A stretch of DNA of 64,000 nt from Deltaproteobacteria bacterium (GCA_034670305.1 JAXMNT010000040.1:12480-76479), one strand, 5' to 3'; counted from the first letter of the stretch, positions 1 to 10,154 are shown. Notes: generated from the letters alone by a model not told the origin. Numbers and translations: made by a program.

Positions 1-403
1 GTACGTCGTCGTCGTCGTCCTCCACCGCGCGCCAGACGACATCGATGCGCGACGCCTCCACCCAGCGCACGGGCTGCGGAAAGAACGCCTCGCGGCCGGT
101 GGCAGCGACCGGGTCGCCGTAGTCGCCGTCCCGCACCCGATCGCACGGGACCGCCCGCTGCGGGGTCTCCGCTTGCCGGTCGAAGCAGTGCACCGGCGCG
201 TCCTGCCCCCGCCGCCACACCTCTTCGAACTTGTGGATCGAACAGCCCGCCATGCGTGAGACGCCGACCCGCACGCCACGGTCCGACCAGCCGAGCACGG
301 TGCGGCCGACCGTCCCATCGCAGCACGCACACGCCGCCGCGACCGGCTGCCAGACGAACAGCGACACGACCGCTGCGACACACGCGAGTCCTCGAAGTCT
401 CAT
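1..403 (-). CDS. Secreted hypothetical protein, partial (3' end runs off the window)
   Basis: Hand translation from ATG at 403 gives MRLRGLACVAAVVSLFVWQPVAAACACCDG..., open to base 1, with a signal-peptide-like N-terminus. Not in the ORF track because there is no stop in the window. Confidence 0.65.
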   Translation of the reverse strand, partial: MRLRGLACVAAVVSLFVWQPVAAACACCDGTVGRTVLGWSDRGVRVGVSRMAGCSIHKFEEVWRRGQDAPVHCFDRQAETPQRAVPCDRVRDGDYGDPVAATGREAFFPQPVRWVEASRIDVVWRAVEDDDDDV

Positions 404-533
404 GCGCCGAGGGTACCCGCTCCCGGACATCGACGCGTCGGCACGCCCGCCAACGCCCGCGGGCGCTGCCTGCAAAATCGCGCGGAAGCCGGCACCGGGA
501 GGATGTTCTCGGACAACGCGCGTACCACGGGGC

Positions 534-2717
534 ATGGCCCGTTTCCTCCCGCTCCTCCTGATCGCGGCTTGCGGTGCGAGCAGCCTCCGCCTCGAGACGC
601 TGCCGGACGACGTCGATCCGGGCGCGTCGGAACCCTTGCTCGCCAACGCGCCACTGTCTCTGCGACGGGCGCTGATGGAGGTCGAGGATTCGGCGACGCG
701 TGGCCTGCTCGACGAGGCGCTTCGAGAAGGACGCACCCTCGGCGCGCAGGAACTCATCGTGGCGATGTTCGTCATGGAGGCCCGAAGCGACCAAGCGTGC
801 GACACCCGCTGCCTCTCGCATCTCGAGCTCGTGTACCGCTTGCTCTCGCTTCTCGGCGACACGGGGTTCCAGGACACGCTGGCCTGGTTCGAACCCTGGA
901 TGGCGCGGTTCCAAGATGCGGAGAGCGTCGAGGCGCAGCAGTCGATGGCGTTCTTGCGCGAGATCTTCGAGCGCGCGCCAGAGCGGCACGACTGGGCGGC
1001 CGCGCGGCTTCTTCGAGCCGATGTCGACGCCCACGTACACGGCGAAGTGGTCCTCGGGTTGGCGCAGCGCGCACGCTCCGGCGGTGACCTCGAACGGGCC
1101 CGCAACCTCTTCGGCTTGGCGATCCCACTGCTCGGCGACCACGCGCGGGTCGCGGACGTGTCGGGGCTCGCGCGCGCTTGCTACGCGGTGCTCGACTTCG
1201 CGTGCGGAGACGCGGCGGCCGCGCGGCTTGGTGCGATGCCGAACGCGGCCGAGGACGTGCGGCGGGTGGACACGATGCGGGACGCGGCAAGGCTGGTTCG
1301 AGGAAGCGCGCGGGGACTCGACGCACGCCTGGCCCGAGCCGACGCGCTGGTGACCTTGCATCGCGACGCGGAGGCGACCGCGCTCTACCGCGACCTCGCC
1401 TACGATCATCCGGACGATGCCCGACCGCACGTGGGGCTCGCCCACCTGGTGTTTGCGCGGCACGGAGGAAGGCTCGTGTCCCCGACCGAGGCGGGGTTCG
1501 AAGCCCACGAGAAGATGCGCGGCCACCTGCAGGCTGCGGGCGGTCTCTCGAACCGAGGCGAGCGCTACTACGGTTTGAGCATGCTCGGGTGGAACTTCCG
1601 AGTCCTCTGGACGGTGACCCGTCGGGTGCTCGCGAACGCGGAGCAGGGTGTGGAGGGACCGGCCCTCGACCCGGCGAGCCTCCGCGCGTTTCGCGAGGAG
1701 CTGCACGCATTCACGGACGACTTCCGTCGCTTCGATGGCGGGACCGCGACCGCGTTTCGCGCGCTCGGGGATTTTCAGCTCGCCGTCTTGAGTCGGCCGA
1801 CAAGTGTCCCGGATGCGAACGGACACACGAACGAGCCGAGCACGGCGGAGCTCGTGGCGCCGAGCCTGGGTGCCGTCCGGGCGCAGCTCGACTCCAGCCC
1901 GAACAACGTCGCGACGTATCGGGTCGCGATCTTGATCGCGATGCTCACCGAGGACGAAGCGTTCGTCACGCGTGCACTGGCCGGACTTCCACCAGCCACG
2001 GACGACGACGAACCCACGGCGCGGGCTCGGTCGCGCGCGAGCCTCCTGGTGGGCCTCCGAAGCCGCGACCCCAACGTGCCGCGCGACGGGAGCGGGGACG
2101 CCGAGACCGATGCACTGGTGCGGTGGGCCCGCACTGCGGTTCCCACAGCCAACACTGCGGTTCCCACAACCAACACCGCCGACGCAGACGCGGCGGCTGA
2201 GCTCGAACGCCTGGTGGCGTCGGCCCCACCCGAGTCGCGCGCACGCGTGCTGAACAACGCCGCGGTCGCGCGGCACCGCGTCGGCGACGGGGCCGCCGCA
2301 CGCGCGCTGCTCGAGCAGGCACAACACGAAGAGGGGTGGGATGTGCTCCGGTACAACACGCTCGCGCTCCTCCCGGAGGCGGAGCGCGACGCGCAGTGGG
2401 CGGAGCGGCTGTCCCAGCTGACCGAACCGACCGCCCGCTCGGCGGTCCGTTTGCAGGCCGCGCGTTTGCACTCGCACCACGCCGGAACGCTGCACCCTCG
2501 GCTCGCCGAAGCGCGCGAAGCGGTGCGACGAGACCGCATGCCCGAGCAAGCCGCGTTCGTCGAGAGCTACCAGGTCGGGCTCGGCTACACGTCCGAGAAG
2601 GGCATCACGACTTCGGGCACCACCCCTCTGCCCTGGCTGCTCCTTGAAGCCCCCCGCCCCCCACGGGACGTTGGGGTCAGACCGCTGGCGCCAAGAACAC
2701 CACCGACGTTTGAGTAG
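534..2717 (+). CDS. Lipoprotein with TPR-like helical repeats
   Basis: Start moved to MARFLPLLLIAAC (lipobox). TPR-like segments such as LARADALVTLHRDAEATALYRDL..HPDDARPHVGLA and ARVLNNAAVA...ARALLEQA. Confidence 0.7.
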   Translation: MARFLPLLLIAACGASSLRLETLPDDVDPGASEPLLANAPLSLRRALMEVEDSATRGLLDEALREGRTLGAQELIVAMFVMEARSDQACDTRCLSHLELVYRLLSLLGDTGFQDTLAWFEPWMARFQDAESVEAQQSMAFLREIFERAPERHDWAAARLLRADVDAHVHGEVVLGLAQRARSGGDLERARNLFGLAIPLLGDHARVADVSGLARACYAVLDFACGDAAAARLGAMPNAAEDVRRVDTMRDAARLVRGSARGLDARLARADALVTLHRDAEATALYRDLAYDHPDDARPHVGLAHLVFARHGGRLVSPTEAGFEAHEKMRGHLQAAGGLSNRGERYYGLSMLGWNFRVLWTVTRRVLANAEQGVEGPALDPASLRAFREELHAFTDDFRRFDGGTATAFRALGDFQLAVLSRPTSVPDANGHTNEPSTAELVAPSLGAVRAQLDSSPNNVATYRVAILIAMLTEDEAFVTRALAGLPPATDDDEPTARARSRASLLVGLRSRDPNVPRDGSGDAETDALVRWARTAVPTANTAVPTTNTADADAAAELERLVASAPPESRARVLNNAAVARHRVGDGAAARALLEQAQHEEGWDVLRYNTLALLPEAERDAQWAERLSQLTEPTARSAVRLQAARLHSHHAGTLHPRLAEAREAVRRDRMPEQAAFVESYQVGLGYTSEKGITTSGTTPLPWLLLEAPRPPRDVGVRPLAPRTPPTFE

Positions 2718-2741
2718 GCGCCGAAGGAGCGGTAGGCCTGC

Positions 2742-4916
2742 TCACTCCAAAGACAACACCGCGCGCTGCAGTGGGTTGCCGCTGTGGGGCGAGGCGCGCA
2801 GCTCGTATGCGATGGATTCGAGGAAGAACGCGCCGACGTCGGTGTGCCAGTACCGAAGGTCCGCGAGGCGAAGCTGCATGGTGACCGGCGCGGTCTCGCC
2901 GGGCTCGAGGGTGACCTGGGCGAAGGCGCGCAGATCCTCCGGCGCCCGGATCACCGACGAGCCTCGGGCCTCGACGTAGAGCTGCACGGTCTCGGTCGCG
3001 GCGCGGGTGCCTTCGTTGGTCACGTCGACCGTCACCTCGAACACATCGGGGGCCGCTTCCGCGAGTGCGATCGGTCCGTAGGAGAACGTGGTGTAGGTCA
3101 GGCCGAAACCGAACGGGTACCGCGGCTCGGCGCCTTCGTTCTGCAGGTGCCGGTACCCGTGGAAGTAGTCGTAGGTGGTCGACATCGGCGCGGGTTGCCA
3201 CGCGGGCAGGTCGGACTCCGCGCGCGGGATCGAGAAGGGCAGCCGGCCCGAGGGCGCCGCGTCGCCGGACAAGAGATCCGCGATGGCGTGGCCGCCCTCC
3301 GAGCCGGGGTAGAACGCAAAGAGGATCGCCTCCACCGTCTCCGCCCATTCCATGAGCACGGTGGCGCCGCCCTCGACCACCACCACCACGCGGTCGTGCA
3401 GGCCGGCCGTCTCGGCGATCAACGCACGGTCGGCCGCACTCAGTTCGAGCGTCTCGCGGTCGCCGGCGCCGATGGTCGCTTCGCCTTCGTCCTCGGCGGT
3501 CAGTCCGACGACCACCACCGCGACATCCGCGGCCTGGACCGCGGCTCGGCCGGCGGCGTCCAGCGTCGTCACCGGGGTGACGTCGAAGCGCGCCCTGAGC
3601 CCCTCGAGCACGGTGACGACGTCGGTTGGCAACACGTTGCTGCTCCCGGTGTCGCCGATGTTCCACTGGTCCGCGAGCGGGCCGACCACGGCCAAGGTCT
3701 GCGTGGTCGCGAGCGGCAAGAGCGGTTCGGCGTCTCCCTCCGGGATCTCGTTGCGCAAGAGCACCGCGCCGCGCACCGCGACTTCCCGTGCGAGTGCCAG
3801 GTGTTCGGCGGTCTCCCGCGCGCTCGCATCGTCGGTTCGGTCCCGGCCTTCGAGCCCGTAGCAGAACTGCGCGCGAAGAATGCGGCGGACCGAGCCGTCG
3901 ATCTCCCGCTCTTCGATCGCGCCCTCCTCCACGCGTTGCGGCAGCCGGCGGAAGTTGGCGCCGCTCGGCATCTCGATGTCGAGCCCGGCGCGCACACTCT
4001 CCACGTCGCCGTGGGTGCCAAGGAACCAGTCCGACTCCACGAAGCCTTGAAAGCCCCAGTCGTCTTTGAGGATGTCGGTCAGGAGCGGACCGTTCACGTC
4101 GGCGTACTGGCCGTTGATCTGGTTGTACGCGCTCATGACCGACGCCACCTGCGCCTCCTGCACCGCGCGCAGAAAGTGCGGCAGGTAGATCTCGTGCAGC
4201 GTGCGTTCGTCGACCTGCACGTCGACCGAATGCCGCGAGTCCTCGATGCTGTTCGCGGCGAAGTGTTTCGCGCTCGCGAGCACCCCCTCCGACTGCACCC
4301 CTTCGATGAACGCGACGCCCATCTCCCCGAGGTGCATCACGTCTTCGGAGTACGTCTCCTGCGCGCGGCCCCACCGCGGGTGACGCAAGATGTTGATCGT
4401 CGGCGCGAGCAAGACGTCCGCGCCCGCCGAACGATGTTCGCGCGCCATCGCCGCGCCCACCCGTCGTTCGAGCTCGGGATCCCAAGTGGCGCCGCGCATC
4501 ATCGCCACTGGAAACGCGGTGCCGTTCTTCTCGGTGAACGCGCTGAGGCCGCGCGGGCCGTCGAGCATGTGCAGGCCAGGGATGCCGTGGTCTGCGTGCC
4601 CGTCGACCTCCCACGTGCCGTTGCGCAGGGTGAGCGCCGCGCCGTGCATGAGCCGGACCTTCTCGCGCACCGAGAGCACCCGGAGCAGCTCGGTGATGCG
4701 CGCCTCCACCGCGTCCACCGCGTCGCGCTCCAGCGGACAGTACGCGTAGGTCGCGTCGGTCGGAACGAAGGGCTCCGGCTCGTACATCCGCGGCGCATCG
4801 AGTGGCGCGTCCGAGGATGCGTCGTCCCGGGCGGCATCCGCCCCTGCGTCCGAGAGACCGGCGTCGTCGCCGCAGGCCAGAAGGGAGACGCACGAGAGCA
4901 GGAGTACGAAACGCAT
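2742..4916 (-). CDS. Beta-glucosidase, glycoside hydrolase family 3 (lipoprotein)
   Basis: Lipobox LLAC. GH3 motifs DGPRG, GRAQETYSED, KHFAAN, MSAYNQ and FVESDW (nucleophile D). YPFGFGLTYT and an Fn3-like C-terminus. Confidence 0.93.
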   Translation of the reverse strand: MRFVLLLSCVSLLACGDDAGLSDAGADAARDDASSDAPLDAPRMYEPEPFVPTDATYAYCPLERDAVDAVEARITELLRVLSVREKVRLMHGAALTLRNGTWEVDGHADHGIPGLHMLDGPRGLSAFTEKNGTAFPVAMMRGATWDPELERRVGAAMAREHRSAGADVLLAPTINILRHPRWGRAQETYSEDVMHLGEMGVAFIEGVQSEGVLASAKHFAANSIEDSRHSVDVQVDERTLHEIYLPHFLRAVQEAQVASVMSAYNQINGQYADVNGPLLTDILKDDWGFQGFVESDWFLGTHGDVESVRAGLDIEMPSGANFRRLPQRVEEGAIEEREIDGSVRRILRAQFCYGLEGRDRTDDASARETAEHLALAREVAVRGAVLLRNEIPEGDAEPLLPLATTQTLAVVGPLADQWNIGDTGSSNVLPTDVVTVLEGLRARFDVTPVTTLDAAGRAAVQAADVAVVVVGLTAEDEGEATIGAGDRETLELSAADRALIAETAGLHDRVVVVVEGGATVLMEWAETVEAILFAFYPGSEGGHAIADLLSGDAAPSGRLPFSIPRAESDLPAWQPAPMSTTYDYFHGYRHLQNEGAEPRYPFGFGLTYTTFSYGPIALAEAAPDVFEVTVDVTNEGTRAATETVQLYVEARGSSVIRAPEDLRAFAQVTLEPGETAPVTMQLRLADLRYWHTDVGAFFLESIAYELRASPHSGNPLQRAVLSLE

Positions 4917-4998
4917 GCCCGGACGATACGGTTCCTGGCCCGGACAACCAACCGGCCTTGTCCGTGGTCACCGAGCTCGGTGTCGGCGGAGGGCGTTG

Positions 4999-5619
4999 CT
5001 AGCCCATGGTGTCCAGCAACTGAACCGCCGCCGCGTGCCCTGCGCGCTCGGCGGCGTCACGCGGAGTCGCGCCGTCGTCGTCGGGTTGCCGCGGATCGGC
5101 ACCCACCGAGAGCAACCAGCGCACCACCTCCAGGTGCCCGCCTTCCGCCGCGAAGTGCAGCGCCCGCCGCCCGCGCTCGTCTTGCAGATCCGGATCGGAT
5201 CCCGTGTCCACCCGCTGTCGAACCCGCTCGAGGTCTCCCGCGTGCGCCGCGTCGTGCAGCGGCTGCCGACGTCGGCCCACCACCTCGAGCGTGCTGCCGG
5301 CATGAATGGTCATCGAGCCACCGGAGATGGTGAGCTGCGAGATGCGCAGGTGTTCGATCACGATCTTCGCCGCGCAGTGCGCGCAGTGTTTGGCGCCCCC
5401 GACGTTCGTCGCGCCGCAGAACGGACACGCACGTTCCTCCGCGCCGCCGAGCACCACGTGGGCGCCCTCGATGTGCACCCGCCCCTGCGCATCCTCGCGG
5501 ACCCCGCTCCCCACCGCGGCCTCGAACCCGGTCGCCTTGCCGCAGTACGGACACACCCGAACACAATCGGCCGCCGGCGCCCCACACGCACCACAACGCA
5601 AAACGAAATGAGTCCGCAT
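4999..5619 (-). CDS. Zinc-ribbon plus ankyrin repeat protein
   Basis: Four CxxC pairs (CGAC, CPYC, CPFC, CAHC). C-terminal ankyrin motifs PLHDAAHAG, ALHFAAEGGHLEVVRWLLSVGAD and GATPRDAA. Confidence 0.85.
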   Translation of the reverse strand: MRTHFVLRCGACGAPAADCVRVCPYCGKATGFEAAVGSGVREDAQGRVHIEGAHVVLGGAEERACPFCGATNVGGAKHCAHCAAKIVIEHLRISQLTISGGSMTIHAGSTLEVVGRRRQPLHDAAHAGDLERVRQRVDTGSDPDLQDERGRRALHFAAEGGHLEVVRWLLSVGADPRQPDDDGATPRDAAERAGHAAAVQLLDTMG

Positions 5620-5628
5620 CCAGCGATC

Positions 5629-6135
5629 TTACCTCCGTCGCGATCCGATCTGGCGCTCGGCTCTTCGGCGGGCCCCGGCACTCGAGAAGCCGACCAACAC
5701 ATCGCGGTGCTTCAAGACGCCATGCAGGAACAAGATGCGGGACTGTTCGGGCGTCGGGCTTCGCGTGACCGCGTAGAAGCACTCCTCGCCCAACGCACGT
5801 GGGAAGGAGATGCCGGACAACGGATGGCTGGAGCCGAACCCTGGTGTCCCCCGCAGCGTCGACAAAGAGACACGGCGCTCGCGGACCAGCGAGTTCAGGC
5901 CGAACCGCACGTAGGCCCTGTCGCCCTCCACGCAAATGGTCGCGCACGCAGGGCTGAGGAAGAACACCCAACCGATCGCCGCGAGGAATGCGAGCGACGC
6001 GAGGACGCTGGAACCCGCGACGGACAGGCCAAGGCCAAGTCCGTACCCGAGCGCCATCCCGATCATCAAGCGGGTGTGAAGCCGTTGGATGACTTGCGAC
6101 CCGATCGCGACGGCTTTCGATCCGGAATCAGCCAA
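5629..6135 (-). CDS. Hypothetical membrane protein (start uncertain)
   Basis: Two hydrophobic segments; ends 9 bp before the ankyrin gene start on the same strand. Confidence 0.5.
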   Translation of the reverse strand: MADSGSKAVAIGSQVIQRLHTRLMIGMALGYGLGLGLSVAGSSVLASLAFLAAIGWVFFLSPACATICVEGDRAYVRFGLNSLVRERRVSLSTLRGTPGFGSSHPLSGISFPRALGEECFYAVTRSPTPEQSRILFLHGVLKHRDVLVGFSSAGARRRAERQIGSRRR

Positions 6136-6278
6136 CCGGCAGCCACTCGTAGTCTGGATCTTCGACGCCCGTGCAGAGCGAGACCGGCATCCACCGAGAA
6201 TATCCGACGCCGTGAAGCGGAGTGAAGCGCTGGGAGTTCTCGCGCAACCGGGGGCGGGTCGGGGCGAGGAGGGGCGTC

Positions 6279-6878
6279 ATGAACCACGAACTCTCCTCGC
6301 CGACGGCGGCCTTCGATGTCTTCGATGCCTCGCAGGTTCCCCTTTCCCCATCCACCCCGGCCGCATCCCCACTGCGACTCCCCGCCGCGCTCACCGTCGG
6401 TGGGCTCGCCGCGCAAGGCGTGCTTGGGCTCGGGGTGCTGGCGGGTCTCGTGCTCCCGGTTTCGGTCACGGCGGATCTGGTCCTGGTCTTTGCGACGCTC
6501 GGCAAACTGAGCGCGTACCTCTTCACGGTCTTCGCGTTCCTGACCTGGTTCGGTCGCTGCTACGACGCGACCATTCAGCGCAGCGGCCCCCTCTCGCTGT
6601 CCAAGAACCTGGCGGTCGGCGGGTTCTTCATTCCGGTCTACAGCATGGTCGGTCCCTACCTCGCGGCGCGCGACATGTGGCAACGCGCCGAAGGCTCGCT
6701 GACCAGCCGCGCGTTGCCCGTCATGATTTGGTGGGGGCTCTGGGTTGCTCGGGTGTTCTCGCCCATGGCAGGAGACGTGGGCGCCGCCATCCTGGAGCTC
6801 GCCGCCATCGTCGCCGCGATCGTCTTCGTTCGCGGCCTCACGCGCATGCTGCAAGGCGAGACGCCTCGCGCGTTCTGA
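6279..6878 (+). CDS. DUF4328-like membrane protein
   Basis: GAGGAGG upstream of ATG 6279. Four TM segments with FLTWF, AVGGFFIPV, GPYLAARDMW and WWGLW motifs. Confidence 0.7.
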   Translation: MNHELSSPTAAFDVFDASQVPLSPSTPAASPLRLPAALTVGGLAAQGVLGLGVLAGLVLPVSVTADLVLVFATLGKLSAYLFTVFAFLTWFGRCYDATIQRSGPLSLSKNLAVGGFFIPVYSMVGPYLAARDMWQRAEGSLTSRALPVMIWWGLWVARVFSPMAGDVGAAILELAAIVAAIVFVRGLTRMLQGETPRAF

Positions 6879-6891
6879 ACAGCGACCGGTG

Positions 6892-8805
6892 TCAGTCGGC
6901 TTCGGCGGCTCGGTCGCGCAGCATGACGAAGCCACCGTGGGCCCAGTCCGCGAAGATCTCGAGGTTGGTGTAGCCGGCGGCGTTGACGAAGGTGGCGCCG
7001 TCGAGCGTCCAGGTGCCACGGACCCCCTCGTGGTCGCGCTCGCCGACCACCAGCCCATGCAGCCGTTCCCACGCGTCCGCCATGCCGTCGCGGTCGGTGT
7101 CGGCGTAGGGGGCGGCGGCAGCGGGCAGCGTGGGTCGGACGAACGCGCTCTGAGCGCGGAGGAAGTGGTCGTCCACGCCGTCCACGGCGTCGTCGAGGTA
7201 CCCCTGCGTGAGCGGCAACACCTGGCGCTGCCGCATGCCGTCCTCATCGACGACGTACCGCGCGCCGACGTGGCCTCCCTCGATGTTGTATCGGAAGGCC
7301 TCCGCCGCGGTCCGCGGTCGCATGTCGGTGCCGAGCGGGTGCGGTGTGTCGACGAAGAAGCTGTCGGGGAGCGGGTCGCCGGCGGTGAAGCCACCCGAGG
7401 TGATGTGGTGAAACCACAGCACGCGGTTGTCCCCGTCGGGGTCGTCGAAGAACCCGGTCATGATGTTGCCGGCCGAGTAGAACTGCGGTGGCGGGTTCCA
7501 CAGAGGGCTGTCGGCTTCCTGGTGCGCGTTCCACATCTTGCGCGGGGACGAGCTCGTGCGCGGCCCGCGGCGGTAGTAGTTGTTGATGTCGTTGTGGACG
7601 GGCTGGAACTTGTGTGACTCGGTCCGCGTGCCCCAGTTGAAGGCGAACTGGTTCACCACCTCGTAGCGGTCGGTCTCGAGACCTTGCGCGTTGGGGAAGC
7701 GGTGGCTGATGTGAATGTAGGCGTTGTCGTGCGCGCTCATCGTGCGTGCGCCGGCGTTCTCGGTGTCGGCCGCAAAGATGCTGCCCACGTTGTGGTCCGG
7801 GTGTCCTTCGAAGGCGACGTTGCGCTGCGCGAGCAGCCCCTCGAACCGCCGTACGCTGTACGCCTCGTCGGCGCCCCAGCCGAACGTGTTGTCGGCGAGC
7901 GCCAGGTAGCTCGGCCCATCCGCCGAGAACGTGTCGTTCGCGCCAGCGCTCAGCCCATCTCCGCCAAGGAACGTCACCCCACGCACGACCCAGTCGCCCG
8001 TGCCCCGGAGCGTGAAGGACCCGCCATAGAAGACCACGCCGGGCGCGGGTGCCGTCGCGCCGAGGATTGTCTTGCGGGCACCGTCGCGGCGGAAGGTGTA
8101 GCTCGCGCCGGAGCCGACCTCCGCCAGGCCCGCGGTGCGAAACACGATCACGCCAGGGTCCGGATGCTCGAGCGCGTAGCGGAAGGTGCCGGTGTGGGTG
8201 TTGGTGTCCGGGTCGTAGCTGCCTTCGTCTCGGTTCGCGAGATCGGTGACGAAGAAGATCGCACCACCGCGGCCGCCTTCGATGTCTTCCGCGCCGAGGC
8301 CGAGCGCGCTGGGAAACGCTTTGCGGGTCTCGAGCACGACGACGTCGCCGCCACCGCCGTCTCCCGCATCGGACATGCCGGCGTCGAGCGGTCCGGCGTC
8401 GGGTGCCTCGGCGCGGTCGCAAATGCAGAGATCGGAACCGTGGCCCGTCGGCGCGCAGCCGAGCGACGTGCCGTCGTGTTCGCATCCGGTGCCAGGGGTG
8501 TCGAGCGCGTCCACGCAACGGCGGCCGATCGCCTCGCAGACCACGGCACAGCCCGCCCCGTCGTCGAACGCGACGGAGCATCGGTCCCCCAGATCCTCGC
8601 AGACCGACCACCCACGTTCCGTGGCTTCCTCGCACGAAGGCAGCGGCACGAACGCATCGACGCCTCCGTCCCGATCGGGGGCATCGACGCCCGCGGCATC
8701 GGCCGAGGCATCCGCGCGACCCCCATCGACTGTGCCGTCGTCGTCGCCACAGCCGGAGACGAGGAGAACGAACGCGAAGAAATGAGACACGGTACGCGTG
8801 CGCAT
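6892..8805 (-). CDS. Pectate lyase-like (PL1-type beta-helix) lipoprotein
   Basis: Start MRTRTVSHFFAFVLLVSGC (lipobox). AFPSALGLGA..EGGRGG, GTFRYAL, WGADE and HRFP motifs, plus the DTDRDGMADAWE...GYTNLE tail typical of PL1 subfamily-2-like proteins. Confidence 0.8.
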   Translation of the reverse strand: MRTRTVSHFFAFVLLVSGCGDDDGTVDGGRADASADAAGVDAPDRDGGVDAFVPLPSCEEATERGWSVCEDLGDRCSVAFDDGAGCAVVCEAIGRRCVDALDTPGTGCEHDGTSLGCAPTGHGSDLCICDRAEAPDAGPLDAGMSDAGDGGGGDVVVLETRKAFPSALGLGAEDIEGGRGGAIFFVTDLANRDEGSYDPDTNTHTGTFRYALEHPDPGVIVFRTAGLAEVGSGASYTFRRDGARKTILGATAPAPGVVFYGGSFTLRGTGDWVVRGVTFLGGDGLSAGANDTFSADGPSYLALADNTFGWGADEAYSVRRFEGLLAQRNVAFEGHPDHNVGSIFAADTENAGARTMSAHDNAYIHISHRFPNAQGLETDRYEVVNQFAFNWGTRTESHKFQPVHNDINNYYRRGPRTSSSPRKMWNAHQEADSPLWNPPPQFYSAGNIMTGFFDDPDGDNRVLWFHHITSGGFTAGDPLPDSFFVDTPHPLGTDMRPRTAAEAFRYNIEGGHVGARYVVDEDGMRQRQVLPLTQGYLDDAVDGVDDHFLRAQSAFVRPTLPAAAAPYADTDRDGMADAWERLHGLVVGERDHEGVRGTWTLDGATFVNAAGYTNLEIFADWAHGGFVMLRDRAAEAD

Positions 8806-8901
8806 GGCCCGATCGTACGTGACCAGGCGCTCCAGCACAGCGTCGATGCCGTGGTCGAATGGTACATTGACCGGTGGCCCTTTCGTGCGGCGCAGGTCGA
8901 T

Positions 8902-8975
8902 CCACACGGCGTTCTCCAAGCCACACCGCGTTCCCCAAGCCACACGGTATCCTCGAGCGACACGGTATCCTCCGT
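8902..8975. repeat. Four degenerate 18-19 bp tandem repeats in a divergent intergenic region
   Basis: CCACACGGCGTTCTCCAAG / CCACACCGCGTTCCCCAAG / CCACACGGTATCCTCGAG / CGACACGGTATCCTCCGT. Confidence 0.7.
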
Positions 8976-9040
8976 TCCGAAGCGAAGCCGGGCGGCGCGT
9001 ACCAGTTCGGCACCGCAGGCAGCGACCGATCGGAGTGTTC

Positions 9041-9952
9041 GTGGAGTGGCTCAACTACCATCACCTTCTGTACTTCTGGACGGTCGTCAAAGAAGGTTCG
9101 GTCACCGCTGCGGCGAAGAGCCTGAGCCTCTCGCAGCCGACCATCAGCACCCAGATCAAAGCGCTCGAAGAGTCCCTGGGCGAGCCGCTGTTCCGCCGCG
9201 TCGGGCGCACCCTCGAGCCGACCGAGATGGGCAAGGTCGCGTTCCGCTACGCGGACGAGATCTTCTCCCTCGGACGCGAGATGCAAGACGTGCTCGCGCG
9301 GCGGGCGGAACAGGGCACCCAGAAGCTCTCGGTCGGGGTGAGCGATCTGGTTCCGAAGATCGTGCTGCACCGGCTGCTCGAACCCGCCCTCTCGATGGAG
9401 AACCCGCCACGCATCATCTGCCGTGAGGACAAGACCGAACGGCTGCTCGCGGAGCTCTCCATCAACGATCTCGATCTGGTGCTCGCGGAGGCGCCGATCG
9501 CGCGGCAAGCCAGCGTGCGCGCGTTCAACCACCTGCTCGGCGAGACCGATGTGAGCTTCTTCGCGAAAGCACCCCTCGCCAGGAAGTACACGAAACACTT
9601 CCCGGCCTCGCTCGACGGCGCGCCGCTCTTGTTGCCCACCGAGAACACGCTGCTGCGCCGGGATCTCGACCACTGGTTTCAGGACCACGACATCCACCCG
9701 CGTGTGGTCGCCGAGTTCGAGGACAGCGCACTCCTCAAAGCGTTCGGCAGGGAAGGGGCCGGTCTCTTCCCGGGACCTCAGGCGATCGAAGACGAGATCT
9801 GCGACATGTACCGGGTGAAAGTCGTCGGGCGCACCCACAGCGTCGTGGAGCGCTTCTACGCGATCACGATCGAGCGACGGATCACCCACCCCGCGGTGCG
9901 CGTCATCAGCGAAGCGGCGAAGACACGCCTCTTCCCCGCCCGGAAACCATAG
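9041..9952 (+). CDS. nhaR: LysR-family transcriptional activator, NhaR type
   Basis: GTG start; MEWLNYHHLLYFW...SQPTISTQIKALE HTH, EFEDSALLKAFG and ERFYAITIERRITHP, all characteristic of NhaR. Confidence 0.88.
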   Translation: MEWLNYHHLLYFWTVVKEGSVTAAAKSLSLSQPTISTQIKALEESLGEPLFRRVGRTLEPTEMGKVAFRYADEIFSLGREMQDVLARRAEQGTQKLSVGVSDLVPKIVLHRLLEPALSMENPPRIICREDKTERLLAELSINDLDLVLAEAPIARQASVRAFNHLLGETDVSFFAKAPLARKYTKHFPASLDGAPLLLPTENTLLRRDLDHWFQDHDIHPRVVAEFEDSALLKAFGREGAGLFPGPQAIEDEICDMYRVKVVGRTHSVVERFYAITIERRITHPAVRVISEAAKTRLFPARKP

Positions 9953-10006
9953 AGAATCTGGATACCAACGATGGACTCATAAGAACGGCAACCATCGCCT
10001 CGGTTC

Positions 10007-10049
10007 TTGATAGTTAGGTTTTCTCTAATTATTAGATGGCGATTATCAA
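10007..10049. promoter_or_regulatory. AT-rich dyad resembling a LysR (OxyR-type) operator
   Basis: TTGATA...TATCAA inverted ends enclosing ATAG-N7-TTCT-N7-TTAG-N7-TTAT (10010-10046). Confidence 0.45.
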
Positions 10050-10154
10050 TAGGACCTCTGAGTCCGCTTCGCTTAGTTTCATCTGGGTGGAACGCCGGAC
10101 CCTTGGCGACTTCGGCGCGCGCTCCATCGTACCCGCGGCTTGGAGGAAGAGCGG

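Noticed and set aside
2677-9889. Long alternative-frame ORFs here and throughout (e.g. 2784-5333, 7244-9889, 21785-24277, 34763-37588)
   Set aside because: Arg/Ala/Pro-rich or antisense shadows of real genes, expected at high GC.
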